A DNA stretch of 64,000 nt from Desulfomicrobium sp. (GTDB taxonomy: Bacteria; Desulfobacterota; Desulfovibrionia; Desulfovibrionales; Desulfomicrobiaceae). Below the pieces are notes generated by a model. The model saw only the letters and a list, made by a program, of their open reading frames with translations. It did not search any database and was not told where the DNA came from. Positions 1 to 9,386 of the stretch are shown in pieces (the stretch's first letter is position 1; each line of letters opens with the position of its first letter). The position numbers and the translations under genes were made by a program. The DNA lies in contig JAXGMI010000001.1 of assembly GCA_040768745.1 (NCBI GenBank), positions 1,216,001 through 1,280,000 of the forward strand. Reading direction: 5' to 3'.

Positions 1-2
1 AC

Positions 3-563
3 TACTTCGGCGCGCCGGGCCGGGAGGTGGTCGAGGGCATCCTGGCCGGGGCAGGGCGCTGGCTGCGCATGAGGGCCCTGACCGGCGGGCCCGGCGACGA
101 GGTCCTGGACCCTTCCCTGTACCGGGGGAGAACCTGGGTGACCCGGCCCAGCGTGCACGTGGACCGCATCGCCTCGGCCTGGCTCATCCGGCGCTTCATC
201 GACCCGCAGGCGGCCTTCCGCTTCGACGCCAGGGTCCATGGCCCGGGGGACATCCGCTTCGACATGACCGAGGCCGAATTCACCCACGAGGGCAGCCAGT
301 GCACCTTCGAGGTCATGGTCCGGCGCTTCGGGTTCGAGTCCGACCCGGCCCTGACGGTCCTGAGCCAGGTCATCCACGACATCGACCTTGACGAGTCCGC
401 CCCGTCGCGCCCCGAGTCGGCCGGCGTGGCCGCCCTGCTGAACGGCATCTGCCTGTGCACGGACAGCGACCTCGAGCGCGTGGAACGGGGCGGAAGCCTC
501 CTGGACGGGCTGTTCGAACACTTCGACCGGACCTGCGGCCGCGCGGGGCGGGAGGGCGCATGA
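3..563 (+). CDS. chrB: Chromate resistance protein ChrB, C-terminal part (5' truncated by window edge)
   Basis: Frame is open from base 3. Motif WVTRPSVHVDRIASAWLIRRFID...FDM..AEFTH.G..CTFE is typical of ChrB_C. Stop overlaps the chrA start (ATGA). Confidence 0.85.
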   Translation, partial: YFGAPGREVVEGILAGAGRWLRMRALTGGPGDEVLDPSLYRGRTWVTRPSVHVDRIASAWLIRRFIDPQAAFRFDARVHGPGDIRFDMTEAEFTHEGSQCTFEVMVRRFGFESDPALTVLSQVIHDIDLDESAPSRPESAGVAALLNGICLCTDSDLERVERGGSLLDGLFEHFDRTCGRAGREGA

Positions 564-1894
564 CGACAACGAACCGGTCGACCCTTGCCGAAGCATTTTG
601 GACCTGGCTGCGCATCGGCTTGCTGAGTTTCGGCGGACCTGCCGGGCAGATCGCCATGATGCACAAGACGCTGGTCGAGGACAAAAAGTGGATCAGCAAC
701 GAACGCTTCCTGCACGCCCTCAACTACTGCCATTTCCTGCCGGGGCCCGAGGCCCAGCAACTGGCGACGTACGTCGGCTGGCTCAAGCACCGGACGCTGG
801 GCGGGCTCATGGCCGGCGGCCTTTTCGTGCTGCCGGGGTTTTTCGTCATCCTGGTGCTGAGCGCCCTGTATGCCGCCTACCGTGAAGTGCCGGCGGTTGA
901 CGCCCTGTTTTACGGTCTCAAACCAGCCGTGCTGGCCATTGTCGTCGGGGCCGTGCTGCGCATGGGGTCCAAGACGTTGAAATCCGGATTCGCCTTGGCT
1001 TTGGCCGCGGTCGCCTTCATGGCCTTGTTCGCGTTTGCCGTGCCGTTCCCCGTGGTGGTCTTCGGTGCGGCCCTGATCGGTTGGGTCCGGTCACGCGGGC
1101 CAGTGGATCAGGCCTGCACCGTTGCCTGCGGGGACGAGGAGGAGGTGCCCGAGCACGCCAAGCCAAGTGCCGCGCGCTCCCTCCGGGTCCTGGTCACCTG
1201 GATTCCCCTGTGGCTCGGTCCGGTGCTGCTCACGGGACTCCTGCTTGGCTGGGACAACGTCTATGCCCGGTTGGCCGTGTTCTTCAGCAAGATGGCCGTG
1301 GTCACCTTCGGCGGGGCCTACGCCGTGCTGAGCTACGTGACCCAGCAGGCGGTGGAGCACTACGCCTGGCTGACCCCGGCGGACATGATCAGCGGGCTGG
1401 CCTTGGCCGAGACCACGCCCGGTCCCCTCATCCTGGTTCTTGAGTACGTCGGCTTCATGGCCGCCTATGCCAGCCCCGGAGCGCTGCATCCCTTCGTCGC
1501 CGGAGCCCTGGGCGCTACCCTGACGGTCTGGGTGACCTTTGCGCCCTGCTTCCTGTGGATCTTTCTCGGCGCGCCCTACATGGAGGCCGTGCGGGCCAAC
1601 CGCAGCCTCTCCGCCGCCCTGTCCGGCGTGACGGCGGCGGTGGTCGGGGTCATCCTGAATCTGTCGGTCTGGTTCGGGCTGCACACGCTCTTCGGCCAGG
1701 TGGGCTCGTGGCATGGCCCCCTGGGGCTGCGCCTGCCGGTTCCCGTCCTGTCCAGCCTGGATTTCTGGGCCCTGGCCCTGGCGGTGGCCGCGACCCTGGC
1801 CATGACCCGCTTCAAGCTCGGCATGGGCGCGACCCTGGCCGGGTGCGCCGGCCTGGGCTGGGCGGTGCGCATGGCGACGCAATCGATCATGTAA
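560..1894 (+). CDS. chrA: Chromate efflux transporter (CHR family, long chain)
   Basis: Two CHR repeats: IGLLSFGGPAGQIAMM...LPGPEAQQLA and VTFGGAYAVL...AETTPGPLI. ATG at 560 follows GGAGG. Confidence 0.92.
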   Translation: MTTTNRSTLAEAFWTWLRIGLLSFGGPAGQIAMMHKTLVEDKKWISNERFLHALNYCHFLPGPEAQQLATYVGWLKHRTLGGLMAGGLFVLPGFFVILVLSALYAAYREVPAVDALFYGLKPAVLAIVVGAVLRMGSKTLKSGFALALAAVAFMALFAFAVPFPVVVFGAALIGWVRSRGPVDQACTVACGDEEEVPEHAKPSAARSLRVLVTWIPLWLGPVLLTGLLLGWDNVYARLAVFFSKMAVVTFGGAYAVLSYVTQQAVEHYAWLTPADMISGLALAETTPGPLILVLEYVGFMAAYASPGALHPFVAGALGATLTVWVTFAPCFLWIFLGAPYMEAVRANRSLSAALSGVTAAVVGVILNLSVWFGLHTLFGQVGSWHGPLGLRLPVPVLSSLDFWALALAVAATLAMTRFKLGMGATLAGCAGLGWAVRMATQSIM

Positions 1895-1903
1895 GGAGAT
1901 AAA

Positions 1904-2158
1904 GTGGAATATCTTGTCATCTGTCTGTCCAGCCTGGCCGTTTCCGGGCTGACCCTCTTTTCGGGCTTTGGCCTGGGCACTGTGCTGACCCCGGTCATGG
2001 CCCTCTTCTTTCCCATCGAGACGGCCGTGGCCGCCACCGCGGTGGTGCATTTCGCAGTAAAGGCCATTGCACGGAGTATGCTGGACGTCACCGTGCCGGT
2101 CTTCCCCATCTGCAGACCGGGCGTTTGGTGCTCCGGGGGGAACCTGCTCGGAAGATGA
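1904..2158 (+). pseudogene. Truncated TSUP/TauE-SafE family membrane protein fragment
   Basis: Good RBS (AAGGAG) and GTG start. First ~50 aa (LTLFSGFGLGTVLTPVMALFFPIETAVAATAVVHF) resemble a TauE/SafE N-terminus, then similarity is lost. The ORF is 84 aa versus roughly 250 aa for the family. Confidence 0.6.
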
Positions 2159-2188
2159 GCCGATCAGACTGAAAAAAGGCGATTTCGG

Positions 2189-2509
2189 CTAAAAATTGAT
2201 GATCCTGTCTGCCAGTTTGACCTGCTCATAAAGGAACTTCATGTTCGACAGCCTGACATGTTCGCTCGCGTCCACACCGTGGACGCCCAGGCATTTACCT
2301 CAGGCGGCGAGGACCCCGTCACTCAAGGCGAAGAGTTTGGCCTGCTCTGCCAAGGGGAAGGCCTCGCTGTCACCCGCATACAGATCGACCGCCGGACCAT
2401 TCAGGAAGAGGGTGACGTCCTCGCCTTCGGCCAGCAAAAAGTTGCCGAACCTGACTGCGTTCCATTTTATTTCCGGATCGTTGCTCGAAAGAATGAGAAG
2501 TATCTGCAT
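2189..2509 (-). CDS. DsrE-family protein, predicted selenoprotein (Sec at TGA 2302-2300, UxxC motif), 106 aa
   Basis: MQILLILSSNDPEIKWNAVRFGNFLLAEGEDVTLFLNGPAVD is DsrE-like. Reading through TGA gives VLAA-U-GKCLGVHGVDASEHVRLSNMKFLYEQVKLADRIINF* (TAG 2191-2189), completing the fold with the usual 'ADriinF' terminus. A hairpin follows the TGA. Confidence 0.85.
2268..2286 (-). promoter_or_regulatory. Putative bacterial SECIS element
   Basis: Minus strand reads GCGTCCAC-GGT-GTGGACGC: a perfect 8-bp stem whose G-starting apical loop lies 21 nt downstream of the in-frame UGA. Confidence 0.7.
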
Positions 2510-2612
2510 TGTCACTCCGCGAGAATGTTGAGTTCAGAAATAGATTATGGATTCTTCAGTGTAAAGGTCTGCGTGCGGCGGCTTCTCTATTGAGGACAGT
2601 AGGGATGTGCGG

Positions 2613-3431
2613 ATGAAGCAACGCCCCTTCGGGACTGGACCGGGCTGGCCCGCGCCCAGTACAGGATTGCCCATGGAAAAAGACGCCCTCGACTGCATCG
2701 GATACTGCCGGGATTGCGGGCAGGAGCACTGCCTGCCCGCCGCCCCGGCTCTGGACGCGGCGCGGGAACTCCTGGCCGACATGGAGAGGCACAGAAGCAT
2801 TGGCCTGGGTATGGATGACGACCCGCGCTTGCATCTGGGCTATCTGTCCGGCCCGGCCCGGGGCCAGATGTTCGGGGTGCTGCTCGCCCGCGACGATTCC
2901 GGGCGGGAACACGTGCTGAAGGCTTTTTCCGGTCAGTACAACGGGGTCTGGGAGGTGCCGGGCTGGGTTCCTCCGATTCTCGATCCGGCCGCATTCGAAC
3001 GGGTCATCCAAAGCGATGAGCCGCGCATCAAGGCCCTGACCCGCGAGATAGACCTTCTCGCTTCCACTGCTCCGGTCCGTGTTCGTTTGATGGCGGAGCG
3101 ACGGCAACTCTCCCAAGGCCTCATGGCCCGCATCTTCGATCTCTACTGGCTGACCAATTTACGGGGCCAGACCCGTTCCCTGGCCGAGATCTTCCTCGGT
3201 TCGGGCATGCCCACGGGCACGGGCGAATGCTGCGCGCCCAAGCTCCTGCATTTTGCGGCCACCCATGGGCTCATACCCGTGGGGCTGGCCGAATTCTACG
3301 TGGGCCGCGAGAACCGCTCCGGCACCCGCAGCCACGGCGAGTTTTATGCCCCATGCGCGGAAAAGTGCCGGCCGATTTTAGGATTTCTGCTTTGCGGCAG
3401 GGATCGTCACGGCGAAGACACATCGCGGTGA
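2613..3431 (+). CDS. Hypothetical protein resembling the N-terminal extension of large RluA-family pseudouridine synthases, without the catalytic domain
   Basis: Motifs GQMFGVLL..., LKAFSGQ...WVPPI, TGECCAPKLL...GLAEFYVG...HGEFYAPCAEKCRPILGFLL. No HRLD motif. Start may be 2673. Confidence 0.65.
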   Translation: MKQRPFGTGPGWPAPSTGLPMEKDALDCIGYCRDCGQEHCLPAAPALDAARELLADMERHRSIGLGMDDDPRLHLGYLSGPARGQMFGVLLARDDSGREHVLKAFSGQYNGVWEVPGWVPPILDPAAFERVIQSDEPRIKALTREIDLLASTAPVRVRLMAERRQLSQGLMARIFDLYWLTNLRGQTRSLAEIFLGSGMPTGTGECCAPKLLHFAATHGLIPVGLAEFYVGRENRSGTRSHGEFYAPCAEKCRPILGFLLCGRDRHGEDTSR

Positions 3432-3543
3432 CGGATTGTGTCTGGCACAAAATGCGGGTTTGAAGGCCTTCGGAGGCGACACGGCTGTTTAACTGGGTTC
3501 TCTGATCCTTGCCACCCTGTCGGTCTTGCGGCAAGCCTTCCCC

Positions 3544-4920
3544 ATGCCAGTCACAACCACCAGGACCATCTACCGGCGCATCCTGAAGGTTTCCATGCCG
3601 CTGGTGGCCAGTCTGGCGGCGACCACGGTCATGGAGTTCACGGACCGCCTGTTTCTGGCCCGCTATTCCCTGGACGCCATTGCCGCCGCCACGCCGGCCG
3701 GAATCATGGCCCTGCTGGCCATGACCATCTTTGTCGGCACGGCCGGGTATGTGGCGGTTTTCGTCGCCCAGTACAAGGGACAGGGGCGCTACGACCTGAT
3801 TGGCCGCATCGTCTGGCAGGGCGTCTATGTCGCGGCTTTGGGCGCCGTGGTTCTGGGGGCGCTGGCCCTGCGTGCCGAGGATATCTTCCGCTGGGGCGGG
3901 CATCCGGAGGTCTTGCGGGATCTGGAGGCGACCTATTTCCGCGTGCTGTGCTGGGGCGCCGGCATCCACCTGCTTGGCGCGGCCCTGGGCGGATTCTTCA
4001 CCGGCCTGGGCCGTACGCGCGTGGTCATGCTGGCCAACGTGACCGGAATGGTCGTGAACATTCCCCTGGACTACTGCCTGATCAACGGCGTCGGTCCATT
4101 TCCGCAGTGGGGCATTTTCGGGGCAGGCTTGGCCACGGCCATGAGCTGGGGGGTAATCACGCTCATCCTGGGTCTGGCCATGCTCCGGCCGGAACACGCC
4201 GGATTTCGCTTCCGCTCGGACTGGGGCTTCCGTTTCCGGCTCTGGCTACGCCTGCTGCGTTACGGTCTGCCCAGCGGCATGGAATTCTTTCTCGACATCC
4301 TCGGTTTCACGGTCTTCGTTTTCGTGGTCGGCCGTCTGGGCACCCTGGAACTGGCCGCGACCAATATCGCCCTCAATGTCAACGCCCTGGCCTTCATGCC
4401 CCTGGTTGGCTTTTCCATGGGCACCAGCACCCTGGTCGGCCAGGCCATGGGCGCGGGCCGTCCGGACGAGGTGCCCATGGTCGTGCGCGCCAGCCTGATC
4501 CTGACCTTTGCCTATCTGGGCGCGCTGTCGGCGATCTTCCTTCTGGCGCCCGGTCCCGTACTGTACCTGTTCCAGCCGCGTGACATGGACCCGGCTGCCT
4601 TTGCTGCCGTGGCCGAGATGGGCCGGGTCCTGCTCATGATCGTGGTCGCCTACCTCTTTTTCGACGGGGTCAGCTTCATCGTCTACGCCGCCCTGAAAGG
4701 GGCCGGGGACACCATGTTTGTCATGGTCTCGCGTCTCGGGCTGGTGCTGGCGGTCATGGTCGGACCACTGGTCCTCGGGGTGTGGCTGGGTCTGGGCCTG
4801 TATTATTTCTGGGGCGTGAGCTGCACCTTTCTGGTGCTCTTGTCCGTGGTCGGCTGGTGGCGCTACAGGCAGGGCAAGTGGCGGAACATGCTGGTGGTCG
4901 AGTGGACGCGACCCCAGTAA
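3544..4920 (+). CDS. MATE family efflux transporter
   Basis: About 12 TM segments. Motifs MEFTDRLFLARYS, GFFTGLGRT, NIPLDYCLING..PQWGIFGAGLAT, LVGQAMGA, ALKGAGDT. Confidence 0.9.
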   Translation: MPVTTTRTIYRRILKVSMPLVASLAATTVMEFTDRLFLARYSLDAIAAATPAGIMALLAMTIFVGTAGYVAVFVAQYKGQGRYDLIGRIVWQGVYVAALGAVVLGALALRAEDIFRWGGHPEVLRDLEATYFRVLCWGAGIHLLGAALGGFFTGLGRTRVVMLANVTGMVVNIPLDYCLINGVGPFPQWGIFGAGLATAMSWGVITLILGLAMLRPEHAGFRFRSDWGFRFRLWLRLLRYGLPSGMEFFLDILGFTVFVFVVGRLGTLELAATNIALNVNALAFMPLVGFSMGTSTLVGQAMGAGRPDEVPMVVRASLILTFAYLGALSAIFLLAPGPVLYLFQPRDMDPAAFAAVAEMGRVLLMIVVAYLFFDGVSFIVYAALKGAGDTMFVMVSRLGLVLAVMVGPLVLGVWLGLGLYYFWGVSCTFLVLLSVVGWWRYRQGKWRNMLVVEWTRPQ

Positions 4921-5063
4921 GTCCAGAAGGCATGGAAAGATTCTGACGGGATGGAAAAACAAAGGGTGACGGGGATGACGGACGGGACCTGAAGGGACCG
5001 CCTCATTCCTGTGACACAGGCATGGCGCGTGAGAGCAGAGTGCCTGGATTGGCTCGGTGGAGG

Positions 5064-5114
5064 ATGTTACAGGAAATTCATGACACTGTCACAATGCTGT
5101 CACACGATTCCCAT
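5064..5114 (+). promoter_or_regulatory. Pho box array upstream of phoB
   Basis: Heptamers at 11-bp period: ATGTTAC 5064, AATTCAT 5075, CTGTCAC 5086, CTGTCAC 5097, TTCCCAT 5108. Core CTGTCACAATGCTGTCAC matches the CTGTCAT-N4-CTGTCAY consensus. Confidence 0.75.
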
Positions 5115-5161
5115 ATGAAAGGACGGTAAAGAAAAAGTCCTGCCGTTAGGAAGGGGGAGGC

Positions 5162-5857
5162 ATGGCCCAGAAGATAGTGGTCGTCGAGGACGAGCCTGAC
5201 ATCGCCAACCTGTTGGCGTTCCATCTGAAGTCCAACGGGTATGACTGTTTTGTCGTCCGCGATGGGAAAAAGGGGCTGCAATTGGCCCAGACCGAACGGC
5301 CGGATCTGGTTTTACTGGACCTCATGCTGCCGGGCATGAGCGGGGTCGATGTCTGCAAGGCGTTGAAAGGCGCTGCCGAAACGTCGCACATTCCTATTGT
5401 CATGCTGACAGCCAGAGGAGATGAAGTGGACCGGATTCTCGGTTTTGAACTCGGGGTCGACGATTACGTGGTCAAGCCATTCAGTCCGCGGGAACTGATG
5501 CTGCGGATCAAGACAGTGCTGCGTCGTAACGCGAACATCCAGCCCAAGGTCGCTCATTGGCAGCGAGAGGGCCTGGTGGCAGATTTCGAGGCCTATGCCT
5601 TGCTGGTGGACGGCGAAGATGCGCATCTGACCCCTACGGAATTCAATCTGCTGGGAGAGTTCATCCGCAACGAGGGCAAGGTTCTGTCCCGCGAGCAGCT
5701 GCTGAGCAATGCCTGGGGCTATGAATTCGAAGGCTACTCGCGCACCGTGGATACCCATGTCCGCCGCCTGCGCAAGAAACTCGGGCCCTATGCCGACTGG
5801 CTGGAGACGGTCCGCGGCATCGGGTACCGCATGAAACGTGAAAATCAGGCGGATTGA
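5162..5857 (+). CDS. phoB: OmpR/PhoB family response regulator
   Basis: REC domain (VVEDE, LLDLMLP, KPFS) plus winged helix (RTVDTHVRRLR, ETVRGIGY). Operon with phoR, pstB, phoU. Confidence 0.9.
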   Translation: MAQKIVVVEDEPDIANLLAFHLKSNGYDCFVVRDGKKGLQLAQTERPDLVLLDLMLPGMSGVDVCKALKGAAETSHIPIVMLTARGDEVDRILGFELGVDDYVVKPFSPRELMLRIKTVLRRNANIQPKVAHWQREGLVADFEAYALLVDGEDAHLTPTEFNLLGEFIRNEGKVLSREQLLSNAWGYEFEGYSRTVDTHVRRLRKKLGPYADWLETVRGIGYRMKRENQAD

Positions 5858-7680
5858 GGCTTGGCATGATAGCAACCACATTTTCCCTCCGTGACCGGCT
5901 GGCCCTGTCATTCGGCCTCATCCTTCTGCTGACCATGGGGCTTCCCTTGTACTATCTGCACCGACATCTGGAGCAGACTGTGGAGCAGGAGGCCAGGGAG
6001 GGCGCGTTGAGGGATCTCCGGGCCGTGGACTGGGTGCTGCTGACCAGCAGGTCGCCCTCGCTGGAAGCGCTGGGGGAGACCCTGCGCACCCTGGCCGCGC
6101 GCATGGATCTGCGCATCACCTACATGGACGAGTCAGGCAGGGTCTTGACTGACTCAGGGATGACCAAGGATCAGGTCGGTCAGCTCGAAAGCCATCTGCA
6201 ACGGCCCGAAGTTGCAGAGGCGGTGGCCCGGGGAGCAGGCACAAGCATGCGCTACAGCGACACCCTGGGGCAGTATTTGATGTATGCGGCCCAGACCCAC
6301 TCCGGCCATGGAGAGGTGTCCATGGGCATACTGCGCATTGCGCGACCCATGAGCCAGATACGGGGCACCACAGACCGCCTCTACGGGCGAGCCGGCTGGG
6401 TAATGGCCGGCAGCATCCTGCTGGCTTTTGCCCTTGCCTCTCTGGTGTCCCGGTATGTTGTCCGGTCCATCTCATCGGTGGCCCAGGCCGCTTCGGATAT
6501 CGGCCAGGGCGACCCGGGCAGGCGCATTCGGATTTCTCCCAGCAAGGAGCTCGCCCCTCTGGTATCGGCATTCAACAACATGGCCGAGCGCATTGAGCTC
6601 AACGTGCAGACCATCACCAAGCAGAAAATGGAGTCCGAGGCCGTCCTGAACGGAATGAAGGCCGGGGTCATCGTGCTGGACGGGAGAGGGCATATCCTGC
6701 GCGGCAACTATGCGGCCCAGGAAATTTTTCCTGGTCTTCCGGCCTACGCCGGCCGGAAGCCCATGGAGGTCGCCCGCATCCAGGATTTGCAGGACGCGTG
6801 CGACGCGGCCTTGTCCCGCCGCAAGGCAGGGGATTTTTCCCAGGCCAGTCTGGAAGTGAATCTGCAGAGCGGGAAATGGTTTGAAGTTTCCATCGTCCCG
6901 ATCAAGGGTGATGCGGAACCTGGGGCCATCATGGTCTTTCACGACATAACCGAGATCAGGCGGGTGGAGCAGATCCGCCGAGACTTCGTAGCCAATGTCT
7001 CCCATGAACTGCGCACGCCGTTGACCTCGATCAAGGGATATGCCGAAACCCTGATGGCCATGGATGCATACGATGCGGAGCTAACGAGATCCTTTCTGGA
7101 AGTCATTCTGCGCAACGGCAACCACATGAACGCCATGCTCGACGACCTGCTGCAGCTTTCCCGCCTGGAGCATGCCAAACAGCGGTTGGACGTGATCGCG
7201 GTGGATCCGTCCTCGGCCATGTATTCGGCCTGGAAAAGCTGTCAGCCCCTGCGCAAGCATATCGATTTCATCAACGACGTGCCCGAGTCCGCCCCACCGG
7301 TGCGTGCCAACTTCGAGCAGTTGGTGCAGGTTTTCCGCAACGTCCTGGAGAACGCGGTCAAGTACGTGCCCGAGGCCAACGCCAGGATTCACGTACATGC
7401 CGCCGTCAACGGTTCCAGTCTGGATATCTGCATTGATGACAACGGGGCGGGCATTCCCCGGGAGGATCAGGCCCGAATTTTCGAACGTTTCTACCGGGTA
7501 GAAAAGGACCGCAACAGCGCTGTGGGCGGTACCGGTCTGGGTCTGGCCATCTGCCGCCACATCATGGTCAACCATGGCGGCCGGATCACGGCCCAGAGCC
7601 CGGTGCCGGAGACGGGCACCGGATCCAGATTCATCATCACATTGCCCCTGGCCGGGCAGAGCGCAGAGGAAAAGTCATGA
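5854..7680 (+). CDS. phoR: Phosphate regulon sensor histidine kinase
   Basis: 2 TM, HAMP, PAS, H-box [24 protein letters not shown] boxes ([23 protein letters not shown]). Start 5854 (TTG) or 5866. Confidence 0.9.
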   Translation: MRLGMIATTFSLRDRLALSFGLILLLTMGLPLYYLHRHLEQTVEQEAREGALRDLRAVDWVLLTSRSPSLEALGETLRTLAARMDLRITYMDESGRVLTDSGMTKDQVGQLESHLQRPEVAEAVARGAGTSMRYSDTLGQYLMYAAQTHSGHGEVSMGILRIARPMSQIRGTTDRLYGRAGWVMAGSILLAFALASLVSRYVVRSISSVAQAASDIGQGDPGRRIRISPSKELAPLVSAFNNMAERIELNVQTITKQKMESEAVLNGMKAGVIVLDGRGHILRGNYAAQEIFPGLPAYAGRKPMEVARIQDLQDACDAALSRRKAGDFSQASLEVNLQSGKWFEVSIVPIKGDAEPGAIMVFHDITEIRRVEQIRRDFVANVSHELRTPLTSIKGYAETLMAMDAYDAELTRSFLEVILRNGNHMNAMLDDLLQLSRLEHAKQRLDVIAVDPSSAMYSAWKSCQPLRKHIDFINDVPESAPPVRANFEQLVQVFRNVLENAVKYVPEANARIHVHAAVNGSSLDICIDDNGAGIPREDQARIFERFYRVEKDRNSAVGGTGLGLAICRHIMVNHGGRITAQSPVPETGTGSRFIITLPLAGQSAEEKS

Positions 7681-8438
7681 CAGAGCAGGTCAAGGTTTCG
7701 TGCAGAAATCTTCATTTTTACTATTCAGATTTTCACGCCCTGCAGGACATCACATTTGACATGTACCAGCATCAGGCCACGGCCCTGATCGGTCCGTCCG
7801 GATGCGGCAAGTCGACATTCCTGCGCTGCATCAACCGGATGAACGATCTCATTGCCGGGGTCAGGGTCGAAGGGTCATTGACCATGGACGGCCAGGATCT
7901 GAACGATCCTGCCCACGATGTGGTGGTGCTGCGGCGGCGGGTGGGCATGGTCTTCCAGAAGCCCAACCCCTTTCCCAAGAGCATTTACGAAAACGTCGCC
8001 TATGGATTGCGAGTCAACGGGGTCAGCGACCGCAATTTCATCGATACCCGGGTCGAGGAGAGTCTCAAACTGGCCGCACTCTGGGATGAGGTCAAGGACC
8101 GCCTGGATCAGTCGGGTCTGAGTCTGTCAGGGGGGCAGCAGCAGAGGCTGTGCATCGCCAGGGCCATGGCCGTGGAGCCCGAGGTATTGCTCATGGACGA
8201 GCCGGCATCGGCCCTGGATCCCATTGCCACGCAGAAGATCGAGGAACTGATCCACGAACTGAAGAGCAGCTTCACCATCATCATTGTCACGCATTCCATG
8301 CAGCAGGCAGCCCGCGTTTCCGACAGGACGGCTTTTTTCTACATGGGGCGGCTCATCGAGGTCGGTCCCACGAGCAAGCTGTTCACGCGGCCGGAGAACA
8401 AACAGACCGAGGATTACATCACTGGCCGATTCGGCTGA
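7677..8438 (+). CDS. pstB: Phosphate ABC transporter ATP-binding protein
   Basis: [52 protein letters not shown]. Confidence 0.96.
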   Translation: MTEQVKVSCRNLHFYYSDFHALQDITFDMYQHQATALIGPSGCGKSTFLRCINRMNDLIAGVRVEGSLTMDGQDLNDPAHDVVVLRRRVGMVFQKPNPFPKSIYENVAYGLRVNGVSDRNFIDTRVEESLKLAALWDEVKDRLDQSGLSLSGGQQQRLCIARAMAVEPEVLLMDEPASALDPIATQKIEELIHELKSSFTIIIVTHSMQQAARVSDRTAFFYMGRLIEVGPTSKLFTRPENKQTEDYITGRFG

Positions 8439-8482
8439 TGCGGCCCTGCGGGGTTGCATGAAATTTTATAAGGATGTGAAAT

Positions 8483-9154
8483 ATGTATACGCATTTGCAT
8501 GAAGAAATCGAGGCATTGAAACTCAAGGTGCTGAAGATGGCGGCCCTGACCGAAGAAGCGGTGGGCAAGGCCGTCAGGTCCTATGTCAAGAAGGATCTGT
8601 ACCTCGCCGAAGAGGTTCAGGACGGGGATGTCCAGGTCAACCGTCTGGATGTGGAGATCGATGAACTGGCCCTCAGGCTTCTGGCCCTGGAGCAACCTGT
8701 GGCCGGGGATCTGCGTTTCATCCTGGGATGCATGCGCATCAGTGTGGATCTGGAGCGCGTCGCCGACGAGGCAGTCAATATCGCGGAGCGATCCATCATG
8801 CTGAGTTCTCGCCCCCCATTGCCTTTTCAGGATGATGTGGCGGAAATGGGAGGGAAGGCCATGGCCATGCTCCAGCATGCGATCCAGGCCTTTACCTCGG
8901 GCAATGTGGAGGCGGCCCTGCAGGTCTGCAGCCTGGACAACGAGGTCGACGTCCTGAACCACAAGAACATGCGCAAGGTCATTGAATACATGATCCATGA
9001 GACACCGGCCATCGAGCGCTCCGTGCACACCATCATCCTGATCCGCCGCCTGGAACGCATCGGGGATCTGGCCACGAATATCGCCGAATCCGTTGTCTTC
9101 ATTTCAGAGGGCGTGAACATCAAGCACAAGCGCTATTTTGACGAGCACCAATAA
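8483..9154 (+). CDS. phoU: Phosphate signalling protein PhoU
   Basis: QPVAGDLR...DLERVAD.AVNIAE and LERIGDLATNIAE repeats. Confidence 0.95.
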   Translation: MYTHLHEEIEALKLKVLKMAALTEEAVGKAVRSYVKKDLYLAEEVQDGDVQVNRLDVEIDELALRLLALEQPVAGDLRFILGCMRISVDLERVADEAVNIAERSIMLSSRPPLPFQDDVAEMGGKAMAMLQHAIQAFTSGNVEAALQVCSLDNEVDVLNHKNMRKVIEYMIHETPAIERSVHTIILIRRLERIGDLATNIAESVVFISEGVNIKHKRYFDEHQ

Positions 9155-9193
9155 CAGGTCCGCGCATGGAAGCGCAGACAGGTCACGGCGAAA

Positions 9194-9225
9194 AATCCCC
9201 GCCAGGAAGTTTCCTGGCGGGGATT
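9194..9225. terminator. Hairpin/terminator after phoU
   Basis: AATCCCCGCCAGGAA-GT-TTCCTGGCGGGGATT perfect inverted repeat. Confidence 0.65.
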
Positions 9226-9386
9226 GTGTTTGCGGACCGGATGGGATTCGCCGGCGGAAGCCGAACCAGACTGGCTTGACCGGGGCATTCTGTGCCGGAC
9301 TCTGGTCGGCGAAGCGATTCCCGATGTTGCCATGCGACAGGCAACGCAGTAGGTGAAGCAAAATTTTTGATAATGGAGGAAAGCGC

